Shown one piece after another: positions 53,162-64,000 of a stretch of 64,000 nt of DNA; the first letter of the stretch is position 1, and every line of letters begins with the position of its first letter. The translations under genes were made by a program, and so were the position numbers. Origin of the DNA: Takakia lepidozioides (Eukaryota; Plantae; Bryophyta); contig CM060731.1 in assembly GCA_030704615.1 (NCBI GenBank), positions 13,082,001-13,146,000 of the forward strand. Direction: 5' to 3'. Under the pieces are notes generated by a model. It was not told the DNA's origin and ran no database searches. It was given only the letters and a program-made list of their open reading frames with translations.

Positions 53162-56100
53162 ATGGAAGCAATCTGCCATCCCACTGGTCCTGCAGTGTGT
53201 GCTCCAGTTGGAAGTACCAGTAATAAAAAACAGTCATCTCTGGCGTCTGCAGCTGTGGATTGTGGAAGTAAAAGTGGAGGGTTGGTTCCAGCTCTATCAT
53301 GCAGGTCCAATGCATTGTTATTGAGAAGTGGTGCTGCCAAGAGGAATGTTCGTGTTTGGAGCTTGGAATTCCGCAGTGAAGCATCAGCAGGTATTGAGGA
53401 AACGGTCTCTGCCCAGGCTGACTCTGTTGATCGGACCAGAAGGAGCTTAGAAGAGGCTGTTAACGGTGTCCACCCTACTTCAGTAAATGGACTATCTGTG
53501 GCTGGGAATACCGCGAATGAAGAAAATCTGAATGGAGATTTTGTGAATGGTACTTCCAACGGGGTGGCTTACAATGGAGTCACTCACTACGTTGTTTCAA
53601 CCGCTGTTCCGTCATTTAACAATGCATCACAAAACGGATCCGCGAATGGAACCAGTGTTGATGCAACATCCCACAATGTTTCTGTAAATGGGGCTATCAT
53701 TAATGGTGTTGCTTCCAAGAGAGCCAATGGAGTTGCAGTGAATGGAGTAACTGTGAATGGAGCTGCTTTGAGGGGAAGTGGTGTGAATGGGACTCTCGGA
53801 ATGTCTGCTGTGAATGGAACTGCCATTCGGAAGATTGAGCCTAAGAGGCCTATCGTAATGCCTTCACAGGTTCCAGGACCGCCACTAGAGGAAGACGAGG
53901 GTTTTTCAGAGCTGCCAAAGGATCTCAAAGCTAACGGTAGACCATTGACGCGTCCTATTGCTGTTGGATCTACGCCAGCTGTAATTGACTTAACCAAGCT
54001 CAACGGAAACGGTGCAGCTACCACCACCCTTCCTAGAACAACTATTGAAACTTTTGGCAGTCCAGTACAGGAAGGTCTGGGGATCTTGAAGTTTCTGAAG
54101 GGGAAACACATTCTTGTGACTGGGGCCACAGGCTTCCTTGCTAAAGGTATTCCGTTCAAGCATTTCAGTCTGTTGATATTTCGAAGCTTTGCCTATTCTT
54201 TAGAAAATGTGGTGCCAATTTATCTAAGCTCTTTGTGATGTGATCTGGACTTCTGAAGTTATTGCATATTGTTGATTAAGAGCAGGTGCAGGGTAAGCTG
54301 GGGGGAAGTAACTTGTGAGCTTGTTGTCAGCAACGTTTGTAACAGTGTTTTCTGACACGTCGTCTGAATGGTTATAGTACTCGTGGAGAAGATATTGAGA
54401 GTGCAACCAGATGTTGGTCAGCTCTATCTGCTCATTCAACCTCACAGTAATGCAACAGCAGAACAAAGACTTCATAGCAAGGTAAGACAGCTCCCTCTTT
54501 CACACCAGCTTATGTGGAATTTAGAAGATTTCTTGCTTGTCATATCTATTTTCACATAATTGCAATCCAGTTGGCCTACCATCATTCCCCACATGCATTT
54601 CTTCTCACTGTACTGTCCTGATCAGTATCAGAATTGAAAGAGGGTTTCTAAGTAGCTTTGATTACCTCGCTTTTCCAAACCTCACTGAGCAGCTGTGAAA
54701 GAATAGATATTGATTTGACATCTGTGGCCCAAATTAGTTCTAACCCTCTCTTGAGCCTGCAGGTCATAAATTCCCCATTGTTCAAGCTTTTACGATCTCA
54801 ACATGAAGGTGACTATGAAAAGTTTATGAAAGAAAAGCTCACTGCTGTGGACGGCACTATCTCTGTTGATGGACTTGGTCTCGAAAGCAATTTGGCAAAG
54901 GAGCTTGCAAGCACAGTGGATGTGATTGTCAGCTCAGCTGCAACCACAGCCTTTGATGAAAGGTGTGCAAATTGTCGCACTCCTTTTATAGGTTTGCTGG
55001 GCTTTCACAGTGAGATAAGTTTGATAGCTCTCTTTTCCAAGTGCCATTTATTGATTGCCCAAGATCTACCTTGTAAAGTGGTCTTAAGATGCGGTTAGCT
55101 GTTGGCCCTCTTTCCATTGGCTCCCCTTCAGGTTGTCTTGCTACTGTATAATCAGTTTCTAGGTGTAGGACAATGTTTTTGGTATTGAAGCCATTTTTTA
55201 CATCCATTATTGGAATTCCTCCCAGGTACGATGTTGCATTGAACATCAACACTCAGGGGCCCAAAAGATTACTTGACTTTGGCAAACGCTGCCCAAATCT
55301 ACAACTCTTTTTGCATGTTTCAACTGGTAAGGCTCGACCTGCTTTTCTTGATTGGCTGAGTAGGAAATGAATTGTCAGACTTCCCAGGAAACACCAATTT
55401 TGCCTCTGATGTGTAATTTGACGTTTCTGATTAATTTCTACATGTTTTCTTCAAAGTTGCCAAAATTTGTATTTAGATGGCAATTACAGTAGTCTTTGAT
55501 TATGTAGCGAATGCATCAACCATAAGGATTTGAAATCTTGAAGTGCAGGTACTCTGTTATTTCTGGGTTTGCAAATGTCTATATGTTTGATTTTGTCTAG
55601 TGAGGGGATCCAATAAATACATTTGTCCTCACTTTTATTAATGTTGTCCTGCAGCCTTTGTGAATGGTCAAAGGCAGGGTCGCACACCAGAAAAGCCCTT
55701 CAGGATGGGTGAAAGCATTTCCAAGGAGATGCTGGGAGAGGAAGCAGTGCCAGAGCTTAGTGTGGCAACTGAACTCTCATTGGCAGAAAAAGAGCTTAGT
55801 GACATTGAGGCCAATGTTGGTAATTGTGGTTCTCTTAAAGAAGATGCAGGGAGAAAGCTTATAGACAAGAAGATGATGGACCTGGGTTTGAAACGGTGAG
55901 CTTTATTTATAGGCCACCTTGCTTGTTGCTCACGCTACATTGTCTTTCCATTAGAGAACTTACAGATTTTATGTGATATTTATGTCTAGTCGTCTCTTAA
56001 TTTCAACCTGGTAGTACCTTTCTTCCTTGTAGTGTTAAGGTTGAACCTCAGCTGTCAGAACAATTAATGATATCCTTGGTCCATGTAAGCAGGGCACAGC

Positions 56101-58756
56101 TGTTTGGGTGGCAAGATACATATGTTTTCTCCAAGGCAATGGGAGAGATGCTCTTGAATGAGCACCGTGAAGATGTCCCCGTCGTTGTGCTGCGGCCAAG
56201 TGTGGTCGAGAGCACCTTTGCAGAACCTTTTTCAGGCTGGATGGAGGGCATCCGGTAATAAAGCAGCACACTTATCCTTTCACTTGTAGAACTAACAGAC
56301 AGAGAAACATATGCTGAGACTCAAACCGTTTAGGCCTTACCTGTGCTGACTGCTTCAAGATTATTCCATTTCATACTCATTGCCGTGCTGTGAAATTAGA
56401 AGCTTATAGCCATTCAGTAGTTAAAAAGAATATAGAGGTCAGGTATGGGCAAAAGAACTTTATGTGGAAAGCCTTTCTCCCTGGGCTGTAGCAATTAAAT
56501 TTTCAAGCCACAGTGGCATATCAACTAAAGCATACCAACCTCAGCTGGATGAACGGTTAATTGAGTTTGTATTCTAGATTTGTTTTGATTTTTCTGAATG
56601 CTGTGGTAAATCTGTCCTGTTTATGACTGCAGGATGATGGATCCCATTGTACTAGCGTATGGTAAAGGCCAAATGACCGGATTCCTGGTAGATCCCCGAG
56701 GAGTACTGGATGTGGTTTGTACCTGGACCTGGGAAACCTAATTGCAGTATAAAGCTGGATTTTTAGGTGTGGTAGAGAAGGGGTGATCTAGTTCATGGCT
56801 GCCTACCAGACGTTGAGTCTGAGAATAGTGGCCTCTGTGGGCGTGCCTCAAAAGTCACCCTGCAGTCGACTGCTTCCTGCTGCCTTCTCTATCAAGTCCT
56901 TTTTGAAGCTTAGCTTCTCTCTGTATTACTGGGTTTCGTAATTGAATAGCTGATTACTGAAGCTTCTTTGAGATGATTGTTGTTAACTGTATTTAACAAT
57001 GTGTGGAATTTTGACCTAGCATTGTAGAATACATCCCAAGGCCCCTTCAAGGAAAGTTGCTCCGGCAGTATTCTTGGCTGATTTTTTAGTCTCAGTCATG
57101 TGACTTGTTTGAAGCCTTTGTCTAACAGGTACCGGCAGATATGGTTGTAAATGCTATTTTGGCTGCAATGGCAAAGCATGCTCAACATCCAGGCTTATCA
57201 GTCTACCAAGTAGCATCGTCAGTGGTGAACCCATTGATTATGGACACACTGGCAGATGTAATGCTGGATCACTTCACAAAGGATCCAATGTTGGATAGAG
57301 CTGGGAAGCCTATTAAAGTAAAGCGAATGTGCCTCCTTCAAAATATGCAAGCATTTTTACTATACATGTGGTTCAACTATCAGTTGCCTATCCAGGTATC
57401 CCCATTCGTCCATTGAGTCCAGGTGTGTGGTCTGCTTTTCCAATGCCAAGTTGAACTAGGGTTCGTGTAAGTTTATCAGTTCTCCCAGACTCTACCTGTT
57501 AGTTTCACAGGTTTTGCCTAAACTTCACTCCAGCATTAGATTTGTCGTGGTGAAGCAGTATTTGTGAGATGCAACCTCATGTTCTTGGTTCCGGGCATAG
57601 AGATGCTGGGAGACTAGATATAGGTCTGTTTTCCTTCTTTTTAGATATACCCTGCTGTGTGTTATCTGGTGGTTCAAACCTTTCGAGCAACTTAGCCCCA
57701 CGTTTCCATGGTCGTCTCTTTGTTCATTTCAGCTCCTGCTTCTTCATGCACCATGAACTCTGGAGGTTTTTTGCACGCGATTGTGCCTAGCTCCAGTGCT
57801 GACATTAGAAAAACTTACCCTCTGTCTGTAGAGTAGATTCCAGGCGTTCAGCATTTGTTGTTCTGTGCTAACAGATTTAGACTTTGAAAGATATTCATTT
57901 GTTGGAGTCTGTGAGGCTTCCTGAAGTGCATGGGTATTCACGGTTTTGATGGAGCTTTGCCACGTCTCATGTGCAGCTGTTCAAGTTTATACCTTGGCAG
58001 AAGAGTGGGAGAATGACAGAGAAGCGTAATCAGATATTGCTCAAAACTTTGGAACAATTCAACTATCTGGCTGGCATTTACAAGCCCTACACATTCTATG
58101 GTGGCAGGTGTGTATTTCACTACCTCTTTATTGCCTTTTGTGCCTTTCCATCCAGAGGGGGGATTGAAGACTTTAATTTGCCACAGGTGTTTGAGCGGAA
58201 ACTAAGACGTATTAGACATCCGTATAGAAGGCCAGTAGTACTGTCAGGGTGCTTCTTTTGTTTGTATACCTTGAGTGTTGGCTTGACAACTAGGTAGATT
58301 GAGCATTGCATTAGAGGGAACCTGCAGGTCTGTCCTGGATTGGTTTGAAATCCTGAAAGTGAGATCCATCCCTGGAATCTGTTGTGTCTACGAATGAAAT
58401 ATTCTTACTGGGAAGCAGAGGAGATCTACTAGTTTGATTTCAGGTTTCGAGAATGTGTTGCCATACTTCAATCTAGAATTGTGTGTCACTGCATTGCATC
58501 AAACACCAGATCTACATGTCCACGCACGGTGCGTGCAAGTAGACTGTCACTCCTTTCAGCCAGTTTGATTATAGGTTTCTGGGTGCACAGATTCGATGTG
58601 GTGAACACGGAACGGCTATCTAAGGAGCTATCGGCAGATGAGCTTGAGAGATTTGGGTTCAATGTCCGGGCAATAGACTGGTCCAACTATCTTCACAACA
58701 TCCACTTTCCCGGCTTGAGGCAATACGTTCTTAAGGGTCGTGGAACTAAGAACTAG
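53162..58756 (+). CDS. FAR: Fatty acyl-CoA/ACP reductase, MS2/FAR2-like, with a long N-terminal extension (about 812 aa)
   Basis: Ten exons, all GT-AG and phase-consistent: 53162-54146, 54378-54481, 54763-54962, 55226-55326, 55655-55895, 56093-56254, 56633-56714, 57129-57395, 57977-58107, 58591-58756. Motifs: [32 protein letters not shown] (YxxxK), [12 protein letters not shown], and the sterile-domain end [19 protein letters not shown]. Confidence 0.95.
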
Positions 58757-59982
58757 AGGTGTCCAGAACTACATGAGATCAGGAGCAGGTCTACAATCGA
58801 AGTCTTGTAGTTTTAGCGTTCTTTGATTTAGATGTCTAAATGTGATACATACTATAGAGTCCAATCATCCCCTTGGAAGTCTCGATTGCATGAGGCCATC
58901 CCCTTCCCAAATAACGCCATAAACTAGGTACAGTCATGGCCAAATGGTGCAGTGTGAGCGTGTATGAATCTCTCATGCATACTACAAGAGGGCAGTGAGA
59001 GGCAGTGCCCCAGGTCACTCTGGTTTTAAATACACCCAGAATGTAATGGGCAACAAATCCAATGCTTCCATTATTGTGAAGTCTCTTCCCACGGTGGAGG
59101 TCCATCCAGATTGTGTGGACCTTCGTAAACTGAGAAGAGTGGATCCATAACCCTGTAAATTTGTAGCTAGGGGAGCAAGCGAAGGATACCTCGTCTGGGT
59201 TTTCGTAGTACAGATCACGTGTAATTTTAAGACCACTTCTATGACGTCTTTCTTCTTTTGGTCTTGGACACTTCTACGAACCCGTCACGGTGCCTGTCTC
59301 TTACAAGATTGTGTCAAAACATGTATGTAAATATGCAACTTTACCCACTTTTCCTTCGTCCATAATGGTTGGATTAGCAATCAATTTGATACTTTTTTCA
59401 TAATTGCTAAATGAAATGGTAGTTTACTTTCGTAGTATGTTCTATCCGTATTCTGCTCCACATTTGCTTAGTCGAGACTTGACAGGTAGAATGCGAATTC
59501 ATCATCTAAACCACGAAATGTTCACTGCAGACGACCACATGCTGTAGAATGAGAACTAAGATGTTGAGGTTATGACGATCAGGCCTTCGATGTCGTTTGT
59601 AGGCACTTTTGGGGGATGAATCCCCAAATACTAAGTAGGGGTGTAAAATGACAGATTGAGAAGCAGCCCCAATCTGAGAGTGTGCATGTTCGAAACTTTT
59701 GTGCACACTGAAACATTTTGAGAAAATTTTCGATGACAGTCTTCAGAAACCATCCCCAACATGAGACAACAGGTCACCTCTGATACAATATGTAATCTAT
59801 CTAGATAAGCTTGATGGTACGAAATTCCGATACAGTGTGGCTCCTTAGTTTCTTTCCAGAAGGGGATACAAGGGTTCTAATTTGGTGCTTGGATTGAAGG
59901 GGAAATTTGGTTCATTCTTGAGAGTTTCTCAAAGAAGAGTATTGATAAAGAGTACCAGTCTGAAACCACAAAAGAGAAATTA

Positions 59983-60157
59983 TACAGACTTGCTGCAACA
60001 GAATGTGTCGGGATAATAGATGCCAGCGGGATAGTTGAATTGTTCTCAAGTCTTGATCAATATCTGTGCTATTATGTTCTCCCACTTTTCAGCCATGGGA
60101 CATACTTGGACAGTTACACATTAGAAATGGCAAGGCTCCATCAAAACTTCGAATACC
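59983..60157 (-). pseudogene. Inverted degraded copy of FAR intron 8 end and exon 9
   Basis: The reverse complement GGTATTC..GTTTTGATGGAGC.TTGCCA...AGTGGGAGAA...CAGATATTG.TCAA.ACT...GAACAATTCAACTATC..GCTGGCAT.TA...CCC.ACACATTCT aligns with 57933-58115. Confidence 0.8.
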
Positions 60158-61054
60158 TCTGCTTTTCACAAAGCTTTACTAAGAAAACGAAAACAAACTT
60201 GTAGCATCTCCCATCATCCTTCTGATGAATTGCAGAAAGTTTGGCAGGAATATGCACCTTCAGTCAAATCTGCCAGCAAAGAGATTCCTCTAGGTAAAAA
60301 GATGAAGGGATGTTTCCAACTGGTGCATGATCCATCTGCTTGCGCGGAACAGAGTACTTTTGTATCTACCCCCTGCATAGATGCAGGCATCGTCCATGCC
60401 AGCTCCGCTACCATTTTGTGAACAGTCAAATACAGTAAAAATTTGGAAAATGGGGGATGGCAGTGATGCTGAACTTTGCAAGAAAGTAAACCCCAAGACA
60501 GTTATCAAAGGTTCACAGAAAGAAAGCCTCATGAATAATGCTAATTGTAACATTATAAAGGGCTACGGAGCAGATCTATATGTTGGAACATCTGCACGAT
60601 ACAAGTGTGCTAGAAACAACCATTATCCTAAAGTGAATGCAGATCTAGAGAGAAAAGATAAACAGGACATGCATTTTACTAAGGTCCATGAAGTTCACAA
60701 AGATTTGCCCTCCGGATGGTGCGACATTTCTGTCCTGCCAACTCTGGATTGTTCTTTGAATCCATGTCCAAACACAGCTGGAATACCCAACCTCTTGCTA
60801 GATCAGTCTCCGCAGACCCAGACCAGTCTCTTCTCCAGTAAAGAGCTTACTTGATGGACACTGGAAGTCTACTTCCACTTCATTTTCTGTATATATTCCC
60901 ACTACCACACTGACCCTTCCGCAATGGTACCATCCTGCTATCCAGTCGCCAAGTCTGCAGGAGCAAAATTTAACAAGACCATACCCCCCTACAGCCCCCA
61001 ACAACCAGGGAACTCTGCAAACCAGCATACACAGGAAATCGACAGCATACATAC

Positions 61055-61159
61055 CTCATCATAATTGTAGTCACGATCTGAGCCTTCCCAAGGAAGGCTT
61101 GCTTCAAAGCCAATTGCTTCTGCTTCCTCCATCCTCTCCAAACTCTTCTTCTTTGAGAC
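61055..61159 (-). pseudogene. Isolated eIF2-beta exon
   Basis: AG|VSKKKSLERMEEAEAIGFEASLPWEGSDRDYNYDE|GT; PWEGSDRDY.Y.E is the conserved plant eIF2-beta motif. The expected next exon (LLGRVF) was not seen downstream. Confidence 0.75.
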
Positions 61160-61801
61160 CTGTAGAGAGTGACATGAGTACTGAATAAGAAATTAGTGTC
61201 ATAAGCCAAGGAGGTTAAACTCATTCCTCACAGGGATCAATTGGTGAGCCCATCAGCTGCTTTTACATTATCGCAACATTTAAACAATCATATCTATGGT
61301 TACAGACCCCTAAAGCAGATCATGTACACTGCAACATGCAGCACGAATCAGGCATCAGCTGACAAGTGATCTCCATGCACATCCATGAACCTCAGGTGAA
61401 TCATTGATTGGTCAACCCATCATGTGCCAGCAATCAAACCCCAACAAAAGCTCTCTTCGGACTCCGAAACTCCGAGCTAAATCTTATTGTCACAGGAAAA
61501 AGGAATGAACAACCTAACTGTGTTGGCATCAGTTGACTAGATTATCGCTCATACATGCACCAGGCATGTGGCTCAGGTGAATCATCGATTGGTCAACCCA
61601 TCATGTGCCAGCAATAAGATCCCACTAAAAGCAACTTTTGGTTTCATTCAAATGCATTACTATTTGTACAGACAGGTCGTCGCATTTAGAACAAGTTGCT
61701 GGGGCTGATACATGTGGGTTGTACTGAAACTTTCATATATTCTTGAGACATTTTGTAATCTTGGTAATAATCAAGAGTAGTGCTGCTCGACAGTAGTTGA
61801 T

Positions 61802-62530
61802 TCAAATTCTTTCATGAATACCTTCTGGTTTGGAGCTATCCTGATGCTGCTCAGTCCCACATGCGCTATCCGTCGCTTTCTGGCATTCATCTTTGTGCCT
61901 CCGCTCCCAGTGCTCCGTCTGGTATTTTTCGCTGCAGTAGCTCACCAGATTGCACTTTTTGCACCAAGAATCTCCGGCGTTCATACACCTTTCTCCTTCC
62001 ACGTCCAGCCAATTGCTGCAAGAGGGGTAGCGGAGTGGTCCAGCGTCCACCCCTGAACCCCGTATGAACTTGGACGTGCCGAGCTTCTTCTCTAAAAAGT
62101 CTCACAACCTCACTCAAAACGGTTGCAGGATACAGGCCATGGCACTCGATCAGGTTCACGACAGCGTACAAAAACTCGTTTAATACAGCTGGAGTGTTGT
62201 TCTTCGCTGTCTTCGGACCACTTGGTCTACTAGTTCCACCAGAAGTACTGGCAGTTTGTGAATCCTGCACCGCGCTTGAATCATCTGGAGCCAGAGAAGA
62301 ACCAGATTCGTCACAATCTCCGTAGTCTCCAATAAACAAGCAGTTTCATTGACGGATAAACGCTGAGATCGCATTCTTCTTGATTTTCACAGAGGCCATT
62401 TTGTCCAAATTTTCCTTGAGATCTTTTACTGTTGCGTCCTCAGTATGTTCAAAGTAAATTCTCCATGCTTCAACCGTGCTCTCAGGAGATCAGCAAGGTC
62501 AGGGCCACTTTGTCTTTCAACACCCATCTA
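61802..62530 (-). pseudogene. Broken ORF with a MYND-type zinc finger
   Basis: CSNW...C.NAG...CKKCNLVSYCSEKYQTEHWERRHKDEC is a MYND pattern with one Cys replaced by Tyr; upstream frames are interrupted by shifts and stops. Confidence 0.6.
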
Positions 62531-63811
62531 CTATGTCAACTCCGTACTCATCGGTGACACTAGAACCACCATTGCCACTGTCTTCTTCCAACGGTGTCTT
62601 CTTCCAACGAGCCATGTCATCATGCCCTAGCCATATTCAAGTGTCAGCGATGAGTTTGGAGTTGACATGGTAGATGCTAGATACTACTGCAGCCTATTCA
62701 CTCTCTCAACTCCCCGTGTATGGAAAAGCACACGTTAAGGCCAAGAAAATTCCCCCCTCCCCACCTACTTTCCGTCTCTTTCATTTCAAATACAGTGGTC
62801 GCTTGACCCTGACCCTCACCAACATTATGCACAGCTTCTGCGCTATGAAACTTAACAATAGGATTTTAGCTTTTCCACAAGACCTGACATGTAACCCTGC
62901 CACCTGCTGACGACACAACTAACCCTAAAGTAGCGCCTCTGGTCATGCTACGAAACAAACCTCCCTTATATCACTCTAAGGTAGGCCGGATCTAATCTTG
63001 AATGAGGCCCTGAAGGAAATTTCATAGCGGTCAACCTGAAGGAAAACTGCTCAAAGACATGGGAGGTAAGGAGGAGAAGGAAACCCTCAGGGTATGTCAT
63101 CGAGACATAAACCGAGAATGTACTGTTGAAATAAGGGAGAGAGCACAAAGAAATGGGTGGCAAGTCATTATCTGCAGAAGCGCCAAAAGATGGCCATTTC
63201 GCAGCTTGAACGTAGAGAGTGCTGGGCGGGACTGGTGGATACATGGTCGCAGCGATTCCTCTGGAGTCTTCAAGCCCTTACCAGCTGGCACCGCTGAAGC
63301 AGGAGAGAAGGCCGAGTTCCCAGGCTCGTGTAGAGCCACAGAAAGCACAGGCGAAGACAGATGGGGAGGGTCGGGCCCGGGATCCCCATTCCAAGCTGGC
63401 TGGGAATCCGAAGCCGTCTCCAGCGGACCATCTCTTTTTCTTTTGAGAATAACGCAATCAGCCTTGATGCGACCAACACCATGGCACGGGTAGAGAATTG
63501 TCAATCGTCGTAACTTACTAGTGTCTAGGATATGTGCGTTTTCTGGCATCATTACCACAAAGACGAGCACCCCACGGTCCCGATGCATAGCTCAAATCCC
63601 GAGCTTCGCGTGTCTCATCATACAGAGGATTGAAAACATGCATACAACCTATGAATCAACCTGAACAGTCAGGCAGAGATTTGGTGAGTGAAAAAGGATT
63701 CCCCAGTTTGCAGACGACCCACTAATCCGTGTCCCTAGTTGGGCGTGCCGAATCCCAGAGCAATATTGACGTACTGTCACTTCAAATGCACACATTACGG
63801 CAAAGAAACCT

Positions 63812-64000
63812 GCACATAGTGTGCTTGAACTGTGGAAATGGGCACACATTGTCCCTCCAGAGCCAGCGTCTGCTCTTCAACGACAGACCTATCCAATTTG
63901 ATCATCGCCTGGTGCTCGCGAACCGTCCCAGCACACTCCTTCCCAAAAAGCTTCAGAAGCAGTTGATAGGCGAGGCAGGAGAGACGGCGCCGCCACAAGG
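63812..64000 (-). other. Possible exon of a gene entering from the right edge
   Basis: Open frame ...LLLKLFGKECAGTVREHQAMIKLDRSVVEEQTLALEGQCVPISTVQAHYVQ ending at CAG|GT; no recognisable homology. Confidence 0.25.

Noticed and set aside
63059-63588. Overlapping 144-163 aa ORFs near the right edge
   Set aside because: No recognisable domains; consistent with GC-rich UTR or chance ORFs.

Overview
Nuclear DNA of a land plant, probably a bryophyte-grade non-seed plant (inferred from the intron-containing GGPPS, the moss-like PLS-DYW PPR and the repeat landscape). Three host genes look intact: a plastid GGPP synthase (10528-12678, 3 exons), a single-exon PLS-DYW RNA-editing PPR (14556-16754) and a 10-exon MS2/FAR2-type fatty acyl reductase (53162-58756). 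An unidentified minus-strand ORF runs off the left edge. The centre (25815-47170) is a four-layer transposon nest. A Ty3/gypsy chromovirus (TSD TAGAG, internally inverted) holds a CACTA-ended segment packed with host exon fragments (PPR, EF-Tu, SEC13, unknown exons). Into that segment a complete 12.8-kb CACTA element inserted (TIRs, TSD AGG), and it has a LINE fragment in one intron. This CACTA has an intact transposase and a head-to-head TnpA-like gene with an in-frame FCP1/NIF (HAD) phosphatase-like domain, which is the most novel feature of the window. A second exon mosaic (MYND finger, eIF2-beta exon, inverted copy of FAR exon 9) lies downstream of the FAR gene. All exon models and protein family calls were read by eye, without database searches.
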